DNA of 64,000 nucleotides from Terriglobia bacterium (GTDB taxonomy: Bacteria > Acidobacteriota > Terriglobia > Acidiferrales > UBA7541), in the NCBI GenBank assembly GCA_963695545.1, contig OY968796.1, positions 448,001 to 512,000 on the forward strand. Direction: 5' to 3'. Below the pieces are notes generated by a model. That model had not been told where the DNA came from and did not search any database. It saw only the letters and a program-made list of their open reading frames with translations. Positions 1 through 8,891 of the stretch are shown piece by piece (the first letter of the stretch is position 1; each line of letters opens with the position of its first letter). The position numbers and the translations under genes are program-made.

Positions 1-1947
1 CTGACGCGCGAAGAACTCTCCACGCGCTTCCAGACCGAAGCGCGCGCCGCCGGCCTTTTGACTCATCCGAACATCGTGGTGATCTACGACGCCGGCGAAG
101 AAGACGGCCAGTATTACATCATCATGGAGCTCGTCGAAGGCAGCAGCCTGCAGTCGCTCCTCGATCAGGGCCAATCGTTCCCATTGCCGCGCGTGTTGCG
201 GTTGATGGAGCAGGCCTGTTCCGCGCTCGAATTCGCGCATCAGCGCTGGGTGGTGCACCGCGATATCAAACCCGCGAACTTGATGCTCACGCAAGACGAT
301 CAACTGAAGATCACGGACTTCGGCACCGCGAAAATCCTGCAGATGGGCGCGACACAGACGGCCACCGTCATCGGCACGCCTTCGTACATGTCGCCGGAAC
401 AAATCAAGGGCCACCCGGTGGACGGCCGCTCGGACATTTTCGCGCTCGGCGTGATTCTCTACGAACTCGTCACCGGCCAGAAACCATTTCCCGGCGACAA
501 CGTGACCACGGTGATTTATCGCATCGTGAACGAGGAGCCGATTCCGCCGCGCCAGCTCGACGCCTCGATTCACCCCGGTCTTGCCGCTGTGATCATGCGC
601 GCTCTTGCGAAGGATCCGGCCGAGCGATTCCAGAGCTGCCGCGAGATGAGCCAGGCTCTGCAAAACTATCATCAGGTTGGCGGCGGCGAGCCGACCATGC
701 GCCTGCCCTCGCAGGCGGGATTCCCTGCCGTTGCCGCGCCCGGCGCTTCGCTGCGCTCGCAACGCTCCACGCCTCCTCCGGCGAGCCACATGCCCGTGCC
801 GGCGCGGATGTCGACCGGGCCGCTCACGCCACCGCTTGAGCGCAAACGAAAGCACTTCGGCCTGCTGGCTCTGGTCCTGCTGATTCTGATCGGCGTGGCG
901 GGTTCGCGCGCTTGGCCGGTGATCCTCGATTTCTGGCAAACGGGAGTGGAACCGACGGTCGCTTCCCACGTCGGACCGATCAAGTGGCACGAGCAGTCTT
1001 CGCAGGCACCGCCAATAGCGCCGGCGACATCGGCGACAGATCCGACCTCGACCACGCCCGCGCCAATCGGTAAATCGACCGCGACCACGCGCGCCGCCGC
1101 TGACGCCACGTCCGCCACGAAAGGCTCCGCGCCCTCCGCATCGGCGCCCAACACATCCGCCACTGCTGGCGCTCCTCCGCAGCAGTCTGAGCCCGCTGAC
1201 TCCGAGCCGAAACCCACGGCGGAAGCCAGCGCGGTCGAGAAGCGCATCGAAGCCTACCTCGCGAGCGCGAACTTGACCGACGCCGTGCAAATTCACGCCG
1301 CAGGCGACACGCTAACGCTATCCGGAAAGCTGACCTCTGAAGAATACGGTGGCTTGATGGGCAACCTCAGCGATATTCCCGCGAACGTGCAAATTGTCGA
1401 TCACATCGGGTTTGCTTCGGATTCGCCGGCCACGCCATCTGCGGCGCCGCCGCATGCTTCGACGGTTGCTCCCGATTCGGGCGCGGCAGCGCCGGCCGCC
1501 TCTTCCCCGGCAGCCGCAGTTCCGCCGCTCACCGTCACGAGCCTGCCCACAGGCGCGAATATTTTCATAAACGGTCAGCGCCAGTTCACACAAACTCCCG
1601 CGAAAATCGATCTTCCCGCCGGCACCTATCACATCACGGTCGGAAAACCCGGATTCGATCCCTACACTTCGCAGGTGGAAATCCAGGCCGGCGAGCCCGC
1701 GCATGTTTACGCCGAGTTGTCTCCTGTGGCTGCTGGGCAGGGCTGGGTGGTGGCGCGCACGGTGCCCAAAGGCGCGTCGATCGCCGTGGATGGGGTGCTG
1801 ACGAATCAGCAGACGCCCGCCCGATTGGATCTTGCCCCAGGCCAGCACTTGCTCCTCTTCACGCTGGCTGGCTACACGGCGGAGGCCAGCATCGTGGTTC
1901 ATCCGGGTAAGGGTTCCCAGGTATTTCAGGTCCTGAATCGCCCGTAA
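1..1947 (+). CDS. Hanks-type Ser/Thr protein kinase with TM helix, Ala/Pro/Thr linker, possible BON-like segment and two C-terminal PEGA-like domains (5' truncated by window edge)
   Basis: Frame open from base 1 (RFQTEARAAGLLTHPNIV); HRDIKPAN, DFG, GTPSYMSPEQ and SDIFALG kinase motifs; hydrophobic FGLLALVLLILIGVAG; two SxPxGA.I..G...QTPA repeats. Confidence 0.95.
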   Translation: MTREELSTRFQTEARAAGLLTHPNIVVIYDAGEEDGQYYIIMELVEGSSLQSLLDQGQSFPLPRVLRLMEQACSALEFAHQRWVVHRDIKPANLMLTQDDQLKITDFGTAKILQMGATQTATVIGTPSYMSPEQIKGHPVDGRSDIFALGVILYELVTGQKPFPGDNVTTVIYRIVNEEPIPPRQLDASIHPGLAAVIMRALAKDPAERFQSCREMSQALQNYHQVGGGEPTMRLPSQAGFPAVAAPGASLRSQRSTPPPASHMPVPARMSTGPLTPPLERKRKHFGLLALVLLILIGVAGSRAWPVILDFWQTGVEPTVASHVGPIKWHEQSSQAPPIAPATSATDPTSTTPAPIGKSTATTRAAADATSATKGSAPSASAPNTSATAGAPPQQSEPADSEPKPTAEASAVEKRIEAYLASANLTDAVQIHAAGDTLTLSGKLTSEEYGGLMGNLSDIPANVQIVDHIGFASDSPATPSAAPPHASTVAPDSGAAAPAASSPAAAVPPLTVTSLPTGANIFINGQRQFTQTPAKIDLPAGTYHITVGKPGFDPYTSQVEIQAGEPAHVYAELSPVAAGQGWVVARTVPKGASIAVDGVLTNQQTPARLDLAPGQHLLLFTLAGYTAEASIVVHPGKGSQVFQVLNRP

Positions 1948-2213
1948 GATTGCCTTACCCCGCAAACTCCGCCTCGGGAAGAACCCTCCCCTTAACGTAA
2001 CGATTCGTTCCAGGCCCCAGTGCGGGGATGGAACATTCATGATTGATCGCCACTAATCGCTTTGTTTTCTTGTAGATAAAACGACATCCGGGCGGCAGCG
2101 ATCGTGCACATATATGCCTAGGATCCGCCTCCGCAGGCGATGTTTAGGGTCCGAGCCCGGTTCGAGTCCGGGTGTGGGCTCTAACGGGAGCCCGCCAGAA
2201 CGCTGAGGGTACG

Positions 2214-4886
2214 ATGCATCTTGAAGGCGTGGACCCAGACGCGCCCGACGCGGACGCCGCCATGAACTCGAAAACGGCATCCGGTACAGCGCACCGATTG
2301 GCTATCGCCGCACCGCAAGTGGCGGCGACGCCTGTGGTCAGCGCGCACGAAGTTGCCCGGCGCGTTCTGGCGATTCCGCCGCGCGTGGGCCCGCGCGGTC
2401 CCGACGCCTTCGTCGGCGAATTCCTCGAAGCCTTCCGTATCCTGGTGCGATCGTCGCGCCTTTATCAACGAAATCATCCTCGCTGGGTGGAAAGCCTGAA
2501 CACGGCCGAGCATCGCCTGCGCGACGCCCTGGCGGCCACGCCGAGCGTGCAGATTCGCGTCGAACACGAAACGCTGACGGTGTCGCACGGTGACGCCACC
2601 ACGCCGCACGGTTTGCCGGTTGCCGATGCGCACGGCGAATTGAAGGCTTTGGCCGAAGAATTTGCGCGCTGCGGTCTCGCGTCGCTCGAATTCACGCAGA
2701 CCGTGCATCTCGGCGAACTCGATCTGCTCTCTCAGCAAATCGTCTGGGCCAATCGCAAGCGTCCGGTTTCCGCCGATCGCGCCGGCGAGATGTGGCAGCA
2801 GTGGGCTCGCGACGCGCATGTCACCGGCATCCGCATCAACGCCCCAGTGGGGCGCCGCGATGAAACAGTCTTGGCCACGCTGGTCGCCGCGCTTCTGGGT
2901 TATGCAGACGCAGGCGCGGACGCAGCGGCCGCAGAAGATCGCGCATCCGCGCCCGCCTCGCGCGAGCAGACCGTCGCCGCACTGGGCCTCGTGCAGCGTT
3001 TGGCCGCGCTCGGCACACAGCGCGCCGCATCCACCGAAGAAGCCGCGCGCAGCGCGCACGCGGTGCTCAGCGAATCCGATCGAGAAGTCGTAGCTCTTCT
3101 GGCGCGTTCGGTTTCCATCGCGCCATCCGACGCGCACGAATCCCTGCCAGCCTTCTTGAATCGCGCGGCCGATCACCTGATCCTGGAATTCGCGCGGCAC
3201 TCCCTTATCGAAGGACTGATCCAACCATCCGAAATCGCGACCGCGCTTGCGGACCTTTCCCGCGCGCGCGCCGAAAGCTCCGGCGCGTGGACGCCGCCCG
3301 GCAACGACGAAGCGCGCGTGGCGTCGCTGGTCGAGCGCTTCTGGGACGGTTTGCCAGCGCGCCACAAGCAGCGCATTCTGCGCAGCGCGGACGCTTGGTG
3401 CGTGCCCGCAGCCGTGCTCGGCCGGCATCTCGAGCCGCTCCTCGTCGCCGCGCATCGCGGCCGCAGCGACGAACCGGCGCGCGGAGCACGCTCCCTGCTT
3501 CTGGCCTACGCCGCGTGCCTCGATTCCGAAGAGCCGCGCGCGCGCCGCGCCGTGGCCGCGGGCCTCGCCGAACTCGAATCGCAAATCACGCGCCTCTCGC
3601 CGCTGGCCGCCACCGAAGATTTGGCGCCTCGCGTGGTGCGGGCGCTCGCGCGAGAGCAATCGCCGGGCATCTCCGGCCTGCTCGCCGTGCTCACCGAACG
3701 CCTGGCGAAGCGCGCGCTCGAAGGGCGGCACTACGCTGAATTCGATAGCATTCTTGCCGCGCTTGACGCCGCGCCTCACGGTCCCGAGCAAACTCACTTT
3801 TCCGCTCTGCTGCGCAGCCTCACCATGAGCGACGCTTGGTACTACATGGTTGAAGACGCGCTGGCCAATCGCGCGCTCGACACCGTGCTGCCGCGCTTGT
3901 TGCGCCGCGAGCCCGCGCGCCTGCTCGATCGCCTCACGCTGCTGCTGACGGCGCCGGAGGGAGCCGCTCTCGTGCCCGCGATGGTGCGTCTGGTGCGCGC
4001 TACCGGCGAGCCGGTGCTGGCCACGCTCGCCACGCGGCTGGGCGAGCCGCACAGGCAGCCGGCTCTGGCGGCCATCAAACTTTTGGCTTCGGCCGATCCG
4101 TTGCGTTTGATCGGCGCGTTGCCGCGCGCTCTGCCCCGATGGGATTGGAACTTGCAGGATCTCGCGGTCTCCGAACTTTCGCGGCTCCGCGACGCGGCGC
4201 TCGCCACGCGCATCGCGCGCGCATTTTCTGAATGCGTCGAAGAAGCGCATCACTTGGTCGTGCCGGCCATGCTCGATCAGATCGGCATCGCAAACGACGC
4301 GTCGGCGATCCCGCTGCTGCTTAAAATCGCCGGCGGTTCCCATGCCACGCTGAGTGACATTTTCTTCCGCATCAAGGCCGTCGAAGCGCTTGGGCGCATG
4401 CAAGCCGGCGAAGCTGTCGATTTATTGCGCACGCTCGCGCGCGCGCGCGCCGGCCTCACCTACGTCGAGCCCGCGGGTTTGCGTTCGGCCGCGGATGAAG
4501 CGCTCGCGCTGCTTGAGAATCATCCCGCCGCGGAACGCATCCGCGCGCGCACCGAAGCGCTCGAGAAATCGGCGCGATCGTTTGCTCATCCGCGGCGCTA
4601 CCAGCGCGTTCCGCTCACCTCGACGTTTTCGGCGCGCCTCGCGGGCACGCATTCCGGCTCAGCGCGCGTGCGCACCATCGGCATGGGCGGAGCGTATGTT
4701 GAATCGGCGCAGCGTATGTCCGTGGGCGATTCGTTGAAAGTCGAGATTCGCACCGGCTTGCGATCCATCCAATCAACTGCCGTTGTCCGCAACGTTTCTC
4801 CGGGCGGGAGCGGCATCGAATTTGTGCACATGAAGGCTGAGGATCGCGAGCTGCTGCGGCGCGTGATCGGCCGCCTGACTCGCTGA
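2214..4886 (+). CDS. Large HEAT-repeat-like protein with C-terminal PilZ-like domain (start uncertain: 2172, 2214 or 2262)
   Basis: Ala/Leu-rich helical repeats (RIKAVEALGRM, RSAADEALALL); C-terminal RRYQRV...TIGMGGAYV...AVVRNV...GIEFVHM PilZ-like beta-barrel pattern. Confidence 0.75.
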   Translation: MHLEGVDPDAPDADAAMNSKTASGTAHRLAIAAPQVAATPVVSAHEVARRVLAIPPRVGPRGPDAFVGEFLEAFRILVRSSRLYQRNHPRWVESLNTAEHRLRDALAATPSVQIRVEHETLTVSHGDATTPHGLPVADAHGELKALAEEFARCGLASLEFTQTVHLGELDLLSQQIVWANRKRPVSADRAGEMWQQWARDAHVTGIRINAPVGRRDETVLATLVAALLGYADAGADAAAAEDRASAPASREQTVAALGLVQRLAALGTQRAASTEEAARSAHAVLSESDREVVALLARSVSIAPSDAHESLPAFLNRAADHLILEFARHSLIEGLIQPSEIATALADLSRARAESSGAWTPPGNDEARVASLVERFWDGLPARHKQRILRSADAWCVPAAVLGRHLEPLLVAAHRGRSDEPARGARSLLLAYAACLDSEEPRARRAVAAGLAELESQITRLSPLAATEDLAPRVVRALAREQSPGISGLLAVLTERLAKRALEGRHYAEFDSILAALDAAPHGPEQTHFSALLRSLTMSDAWYYMVEDALANRALDTVLPRLLRREPARLLDRLTLLLTAPEGAALVPAMVRLVRATGEPVLATLATRLGEPHRQPALAAIKLLASADPLRLIGALPRALPRWDWNLQDLAVSELSRLRDAALATRIARAFSECVEEAHHLVVPAMLDQIGIANDASAIPLLLKIAGGSHATLSDIFFRIKAVEALGRMQAGEAVDLLRTLARARAGLTYVEPAGLRSAADEALALLENHPAAERIRARTEALEKSARSFAHPRRYQRVPLTSTFSARLAGTHSGSARVRTIGMGGAYVESAQRMSVGDSLKVEIRTGLRSIQSTAVVRNVSPGGSGIEFVHMKAEDRELLRRVIGRLTR

Positions 4887-4955
4887 TCGTCCGCGTTTCA
4901 TCTCAGATCTAAAATCCGTTTCTTCAAATCCCACGGACGCGCTAAAGTGAGCGCG

Positions 4956-6041
4956 ATGAGCCCCATCGTCATTCTTATAGTGTTGGGCGCCGCCGTCCTT
5001 GCCGCCATCGCGGCAAGCGCATGGACGCGCCGCCGGCAGCAGAACGAATGGAGCGCGCTGCGCCAGGAGATGCAGGGCCTGGTCGCGAGCCAATCGCAAG
5101 CCGTCGCGGCGCAGCTCGGACAATTTTCGCAGTCCGTCGTCCAGCAGTTGGGACAAGTTTCGCAGCAAGTGCAAAACGGCCTGGCTTCAACCGGTTCGCT
5201 CGTGTCCGACGCGCAGCGCGCGGTATCCGAGCGCTTGGAATCTTCCACTTCCGTGATGCGCGAATTGCAGCGCCAGTTGGGCGAAGTGCAGCAATCCGGG
5301 CGCGATCTTTCCGCAGCGGCACACATGATGGAATCCGTGCTGGGCGGCGCGAAATCGCGCGGAACGCTCGGCGAAGTCACACTGGGCCGGCTCCTGACGG
5401 ACACGCTGCCGCAAGGCGCCTTCACCGAACAGCACCGCTTCTCGACAGGAGAAGTGGTCGACGCCGTCGTGCGCTTCCGCGACAAACTTTTGCCCATCGA
5501 TTCAAAATTCCCGCTCGAGGATTACCGCCGCCTCGTTGAACTCGGCGAAGAAGCGCGCAAAGGATTTGCACAAGCGGTGCGCACCCACGCCGATTCCATC
5601 GCGCGGAAATACATCATGCCCGGCGAGGACACGCTCGAAATCGCGCTGATGTTCGTGCCGTCGGAAGGAATTTATTACGAGCTGCTGCGCTCCGCCGATC
5701 CGAAAGGCGTTCCTCTCGACGAATATTGCCGCAAAAAAGGCGTGCTCGCCGTTTCGCCCAGCACGCTCTACGCGCATCTGAGCGTGGTTTTGATGGGCCT
5801 GCGCGGCATGCAGATCGAAGAAAACGCGCGGCGCCTTCTTTCCAGCATGGCCGGACTCAAAAAGCACTGGGATAATTTCGCGGAAGTTTACGAAAAGATG
5901 GGAACGCACTTGCGCAACGCTCAGCAGAGTTACGCCGACGCCGATCGCCGCCTGGAGCGCGCCCGCGCCGAGCTTGACCAAATGCAGCAAGGATCGCTGC
6001 CCACCGCCGCGGCTCCGGCGCTTGAGCCCGCTGAAAAATAA
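4956..6041 (+). CDS. rmuC: DNA recombination protein RmuC family
   Basis: N-terminal TM, Gln-rich coiled coil, RGTLGE, VDAVV, IDSKFP, ALMFVPSEGIY and SPSTL motifs. Confidence 0.92.
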   Translation: MSPIVILIVLGAAVLAAIAASAWTRRRQQNEWSALRQEMQGLVASQSQAVAAQLGQFSQSVVQQLGQVSQQVQNGLASTGSLVSDAQRAVSERLESSTSVMRELQRQLGEVQQSGRDLSAAAHMMESVLGGAKSRGTLGEVTLGRLLTDTLPQGAFTEQHRFSTGEVVDAVVRFRDKLLPIDSKFPLEDYRRLVELGEEARKGFAQAVRTHADSIARKYIMPGEDTLEIALMFVPSEGIYYELLRSADPKGVPLDEYCRKKGVLAVSPSTLYAHLSVVLMGLRGMQIEENARRLLSSMAGLKKHWDNFAEVYEKMGTHLRNAQQSYADADRRLERARAELDQMQQGSLPTAAAPALEPAEK

Positions 6042-6073
6042 TTTCCGCGCGAAGCAATCCGGCAATTCTAAAA

Positions 6074-7006
6074 TTAGCTCTGCGGCTTCCGCCGCGCCAA
6101 ACGCGCGCGCACGTAAAATTTCCCCTGCGCGAGCGGCACGATCGCAATCTGCGCCTCGTTCTGCTCTCCACCGCTGGTTCGCAATCGCACGATGTTCGGG
6201 TCGGACAGCGCCGCCGCGCCTTGCGATCCCGCGGACGATGGCGCCAGCATCTTGATCACTGCCGGACTCCAGTTCCCGAGATCGACGTCGAGCGGCTGCG
6301 TCGTTCCGCGAACGCGAACAGTCAACGTGGCTTGCGCTCCGATGCGCAAAGGTCCGGCGGGATTGACGGCGTCAAGCGCGACAACAGTCACCGGCACGGG
6401 CTGCGGCGGTGAACCATTTCCTTCGACACGAAGTTCGGTCGGTCCGAGTGGCGTGTCCGGCGCCGGCAGCAATACCAGAGAGGCCGGCGACGCGGCTAGC
6501 ACTAACGCCGGCTTTTCGCCCAGCCACACATGATTATTGTCGGCGTCTCCCTCGAATCGCAGTCCCGAAATCGGGAATTGATCGCGCACGTCGATGATCG
6601 GCGGAAAATCGGTGATTTGAATTTGCGGCGGCGTCGCGCGGGCCACAATCGGCGCGGTGGCCACGATCGAGCCATTCGCGATTCGTGCTTGAAATTCTCC
6701 CGGCGTCGCCGGAACCACGCAGCGCGCACGACCCGTCGAGTCGGTCTTCGCGATATGACCGTCGCTCAGCGTGACCTCAGCGCCAGGCACGAGGCGCCCC
6801 GTAGCATCAAGTACGGCAAACGTGGCCGGCGCCCCGGCCACCAGAATCGGCGGCAAAACGACGCTGCGTGGCGGCCCTGCGGCGCGGACGGCCGGAATAT
6901 TCGCGAAACATGCCCCGATAAGTATCGCCGCAGGCGCGATTCGCGCCGCCGCCGTCGCTGCGCGGCGCCCCGCGGCGCGCGCCATCCGTAGTGGCCAAAC
7001 CCTCAT
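6074..7006 (-). CDS. Hypothetical exported beta-rich protein (Ig-like/IPT-like segments); start uncertain
   Basis: Signal-peptide-like hydrophobic stretch ending VRA; Pro/Val/Gly-rich beta-type sequence; fills the gap between rmuC and PP2C. Confidence 0.65.
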   Translation of the reverse strand: MRVWPLRMARAAGRRAATAAARIAPAAILIGACFANIPAVRAAGPPRSVVLPPILVAGAPATFAVLDATGRLVPGAEVTLSDGHIAKTDSTGRARCVVPATPGEFQARIANGSIVATAPIVARATPPQIQITDFPPIIDVRDQFPISGLRFEGDADNNHVWLGEKPALVLAASPASLVLLPAPDTPLGPTELRVEGNGSPPQPVPVTVVALDAVNPAGPLRIGAQATLTVRVRGTTQPLDVDLGNWSPAVIKMLAPSSAGSQGAAALSDPNIVRLRTSGGEQNEAQIAIVPLAQGKFYVRARLARRKPQS

Positions 7007-7223
7007 TGCGCGCGATTGTACCGCAGTGGCTCGGCGGGGGCGGCCCTGTTGTAGCCAAGCACACAAATATCATCTTTACGTAACTACTTGTTCCCACGCG
7101 CCTTGTGCAGGGGCACGCACTTTGTTAGCCTGCATGAACGATCGCAATCGGGGCGGTGCAGCGCCCGGCAGTACGGCGCGGTGCACGGAGTTCCTCGCAT
7201 GCGCGGCACGCGGAAGGTGGCCC

Positions 7224-8036
7224 TTGCAAATTGAATCCGGCGCGCGCAGCGACGTCGGCAAGGTTCGCAAGAACAACGAGGACAATTTTCGCGCCGAGCC
7301 CGCGCTTGAACTTTTCGTCCTGTCGGACGGAATGGGAGGCCAGGCGTCCGGCGAAATCGCCAGCGCCCTCGCGGTTGAAACGGTCGTGGACTATTGCCGC
7401 GCGGCCGCCAGCGACGGCGCATCGGAATTCCATGGCGACCCGACACCCGGTCTCTCGGACCGAACCAATCGTTTGGCGAGCGCCATTCGCCTGGCCAACG
7501 ACAAGATTTTTGAATCGGGCGCCGGCGATCCCGCGAGGAAAGGCATGGGCGCAACCATCGTGGCTTGCTGGATCAGCGATCGCCGCCTGTCTCTCGCGCA
7601 CGTCGGTGATAGCCGCGTTTACCTCCTGCGCAGCGGATCGTTCGAGCAACTTACGGCCGATCATTCACTCGTCGCGGACTTGGTGCGCAGCGGAGTTCTG
7701 ACGCCTCAACAGGCCGAAGTCAGCGAGCAACAAAGCATTCTGACGCGCGCGCTCGGAACGCAACCTGAGGTGGACGTGGACGCGGACGAGCAGATGCTTC
7801 TGGCCGGAGATGTTCTGCTCTTATGCTCGGACGGACTTTCGCGCACGGTCACCAATCCGGAGATCGCGAGCGCGCTTGAGACGAATCCCGATCCGCAGAA
7901 GGCCGCCGATCGGCTGATCGAATTGGCAAATGAAAATGGCGGCGAGGACAACATCACGGCCATCGTGGTGCGCGTGACGCCGGAACCGAAAGGTTTCATG
8001 GCGCGCTGGCATCAGTGGTGGAATGGCAAGAAGTAG
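7224..8036 (+). CDS. PP2C-family (Stp1/PrpC-like) Ser/Thr protein phosphatase
   Basis: SDVGKVRKNNED, SDGMGG, HVGDSR, LCSDGL and GGEDNIT motifs; TTG at 7224 preceded by GGAAGG. Confidence 0.95.
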   Translation: MQIESGARSDVGKVRKNNEDNFRAEPALELFVLSDGMGGQASGEIASALAVETVVDYCRAAASDGASEFHGDPTPGLSDRTNRLASAIRLANDKIFESGAGDPARKGMGATIVACWISDRRLSLAHVGDSRVYLLRSGSFEQLTADHSLVADLVRSGVLTPQQAEVSEQQSILTRALGTQPEVDVDADEQMLLAGDVLLLCSDGLSRTVTNPEIASALETNPDPQKAADRLIELANENGGEDNITAIVVRVTPEPKGFMARWHQWWNGKK

Positions 8037-8043
8037 GCAGGCC

Positions 8044-8118
8044 TGCACGGAGAGAGTGCTGCGCAGCCACTTTGTGCGGAGCGCGGTGCTTCACCGATCT
8101 GCGCGGAGCGCAGTGCTT
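8044..8118 (+). repeat. Tandem copies of a ~27-bp-period dispersed repeat (core GCGCGGAGCGCRKTGCTT)
   Basis: tgtgcggagcgcggtgctt 8073-8091 and tgcgcggagcgcagtgctt 8100-8118, plus degenerate tgcacggagagagtgctg 8044-8061. Confidence 0.8.
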
Positions 8119-8132
8119 AAAAGGAGCATGAA

Positions 8133-8858
8133 ATGGCGCGGCTCGTTCTAAAATTTGAGGGCGCGGTGCTGAAAGAAGTTCCGCTCGGCAGCCGCCCCGT
8201 GACCATCGGCCGCGCGCCCGATAGCGACATTCAAGTCGACAATCTGGCGGTCTCCACTTGCCACGCGCGTGTGTACGCCGAGGCCGGTCGCCTTGTCGTG
8301 GAAGACCTGAACAGCCTGAATGGCACGTTCGTCAACGGCCTGCGCGTCGAGCGCGCCATGCTCAATGACGGCGACGCCATCGAAATCGGCAAGCACCACA
8401 TCATTGTGGACCACGAGCACGATGCCGCCGTGCCGCTCGATTCGCGCCGCAAGATCACCGCGCCCAAAGTTGTCGAAACCATGGTGCTCGATACCAAGGT
8501 CCGCCGCGATATGTTCGAGCAAGCCGCCGCGCTCGGTGAGCGCTCGCAGATTTCTCCGAGCCGCGTGCGCGTGCCCACGCTCATCGTTCTCAGCGGCCGC
8601 ACCGACCGCAAGGAATATCAATTGATTGACCGCCTCACGGTGATCGGTAAATCCGAAATGGCCAGCGTCAAGCTGCGCGGATGGTTCGCGCCCAAAGTCG
8701 CCGCTCAGGTCCACATGCAAGACGACGGCTATTACCTCGGCCTGGGCGATCGCGTGCCGCGAATCAATGGCGAGGCGATCGTCGGCCCGACACGCTTGAA
8801 CGACGGCGACATCATCGCCGTCGGCCGCGTGCGCTTAAGCTTCCTCTATCGCGACTGA
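8133..8858 (+). CDS. Double FHA-domain protein
   Basis: IGRAPDSDI..VSTCHAR...SLNGTFVNG canonical FHA; second degenerate FHA ending LNDGDIIAVG; AAGGAG RBS at 8121. Confidence 0.92.
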   Translation: MARLVLKFEGAVLKEVPLGSRPVTIGRAPDSDIQVDNLAVSTCHARVYAEAGRLVVEDLNSLNGTFVNGLRVERAMLNDGDAIEIGKHHIIVDHEHDAAVPLDSRRKITAPKVVETMVLDTKVRRDMFEQAAALGERSQISPSRVRVPTLIVLSGRTDRKEYQLIDRLTVIGKSEMASVKLRGWFAPKVAAQVHMQDDGYYLGLGDRVPRINGEAIVGPTRLNDGDIIAVGRVRLSFLYRD

Positions 8859-8891
8859 GGGCCGCGCCCGCGGCGGCGCGCTTCGACGAAC

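Noticed and set aside
2106..2183. Functional tRNA gene
   Set aside because: Only the T-arm and an imperfect acceptor stem fold; no anticodon stem and no CCA, so kept only as a finding
2181..4403. 740-aa minus-strand ORF and many similar overlapping ORFs in the track
   Set aside because: Antisense shadows of well-supported genes, with no recognisable motifs
8044..8118. Mini CRISPR array
   Set aside because: Spacers are only 8-11 bp, units are degenerate and there are no cas genes in the window
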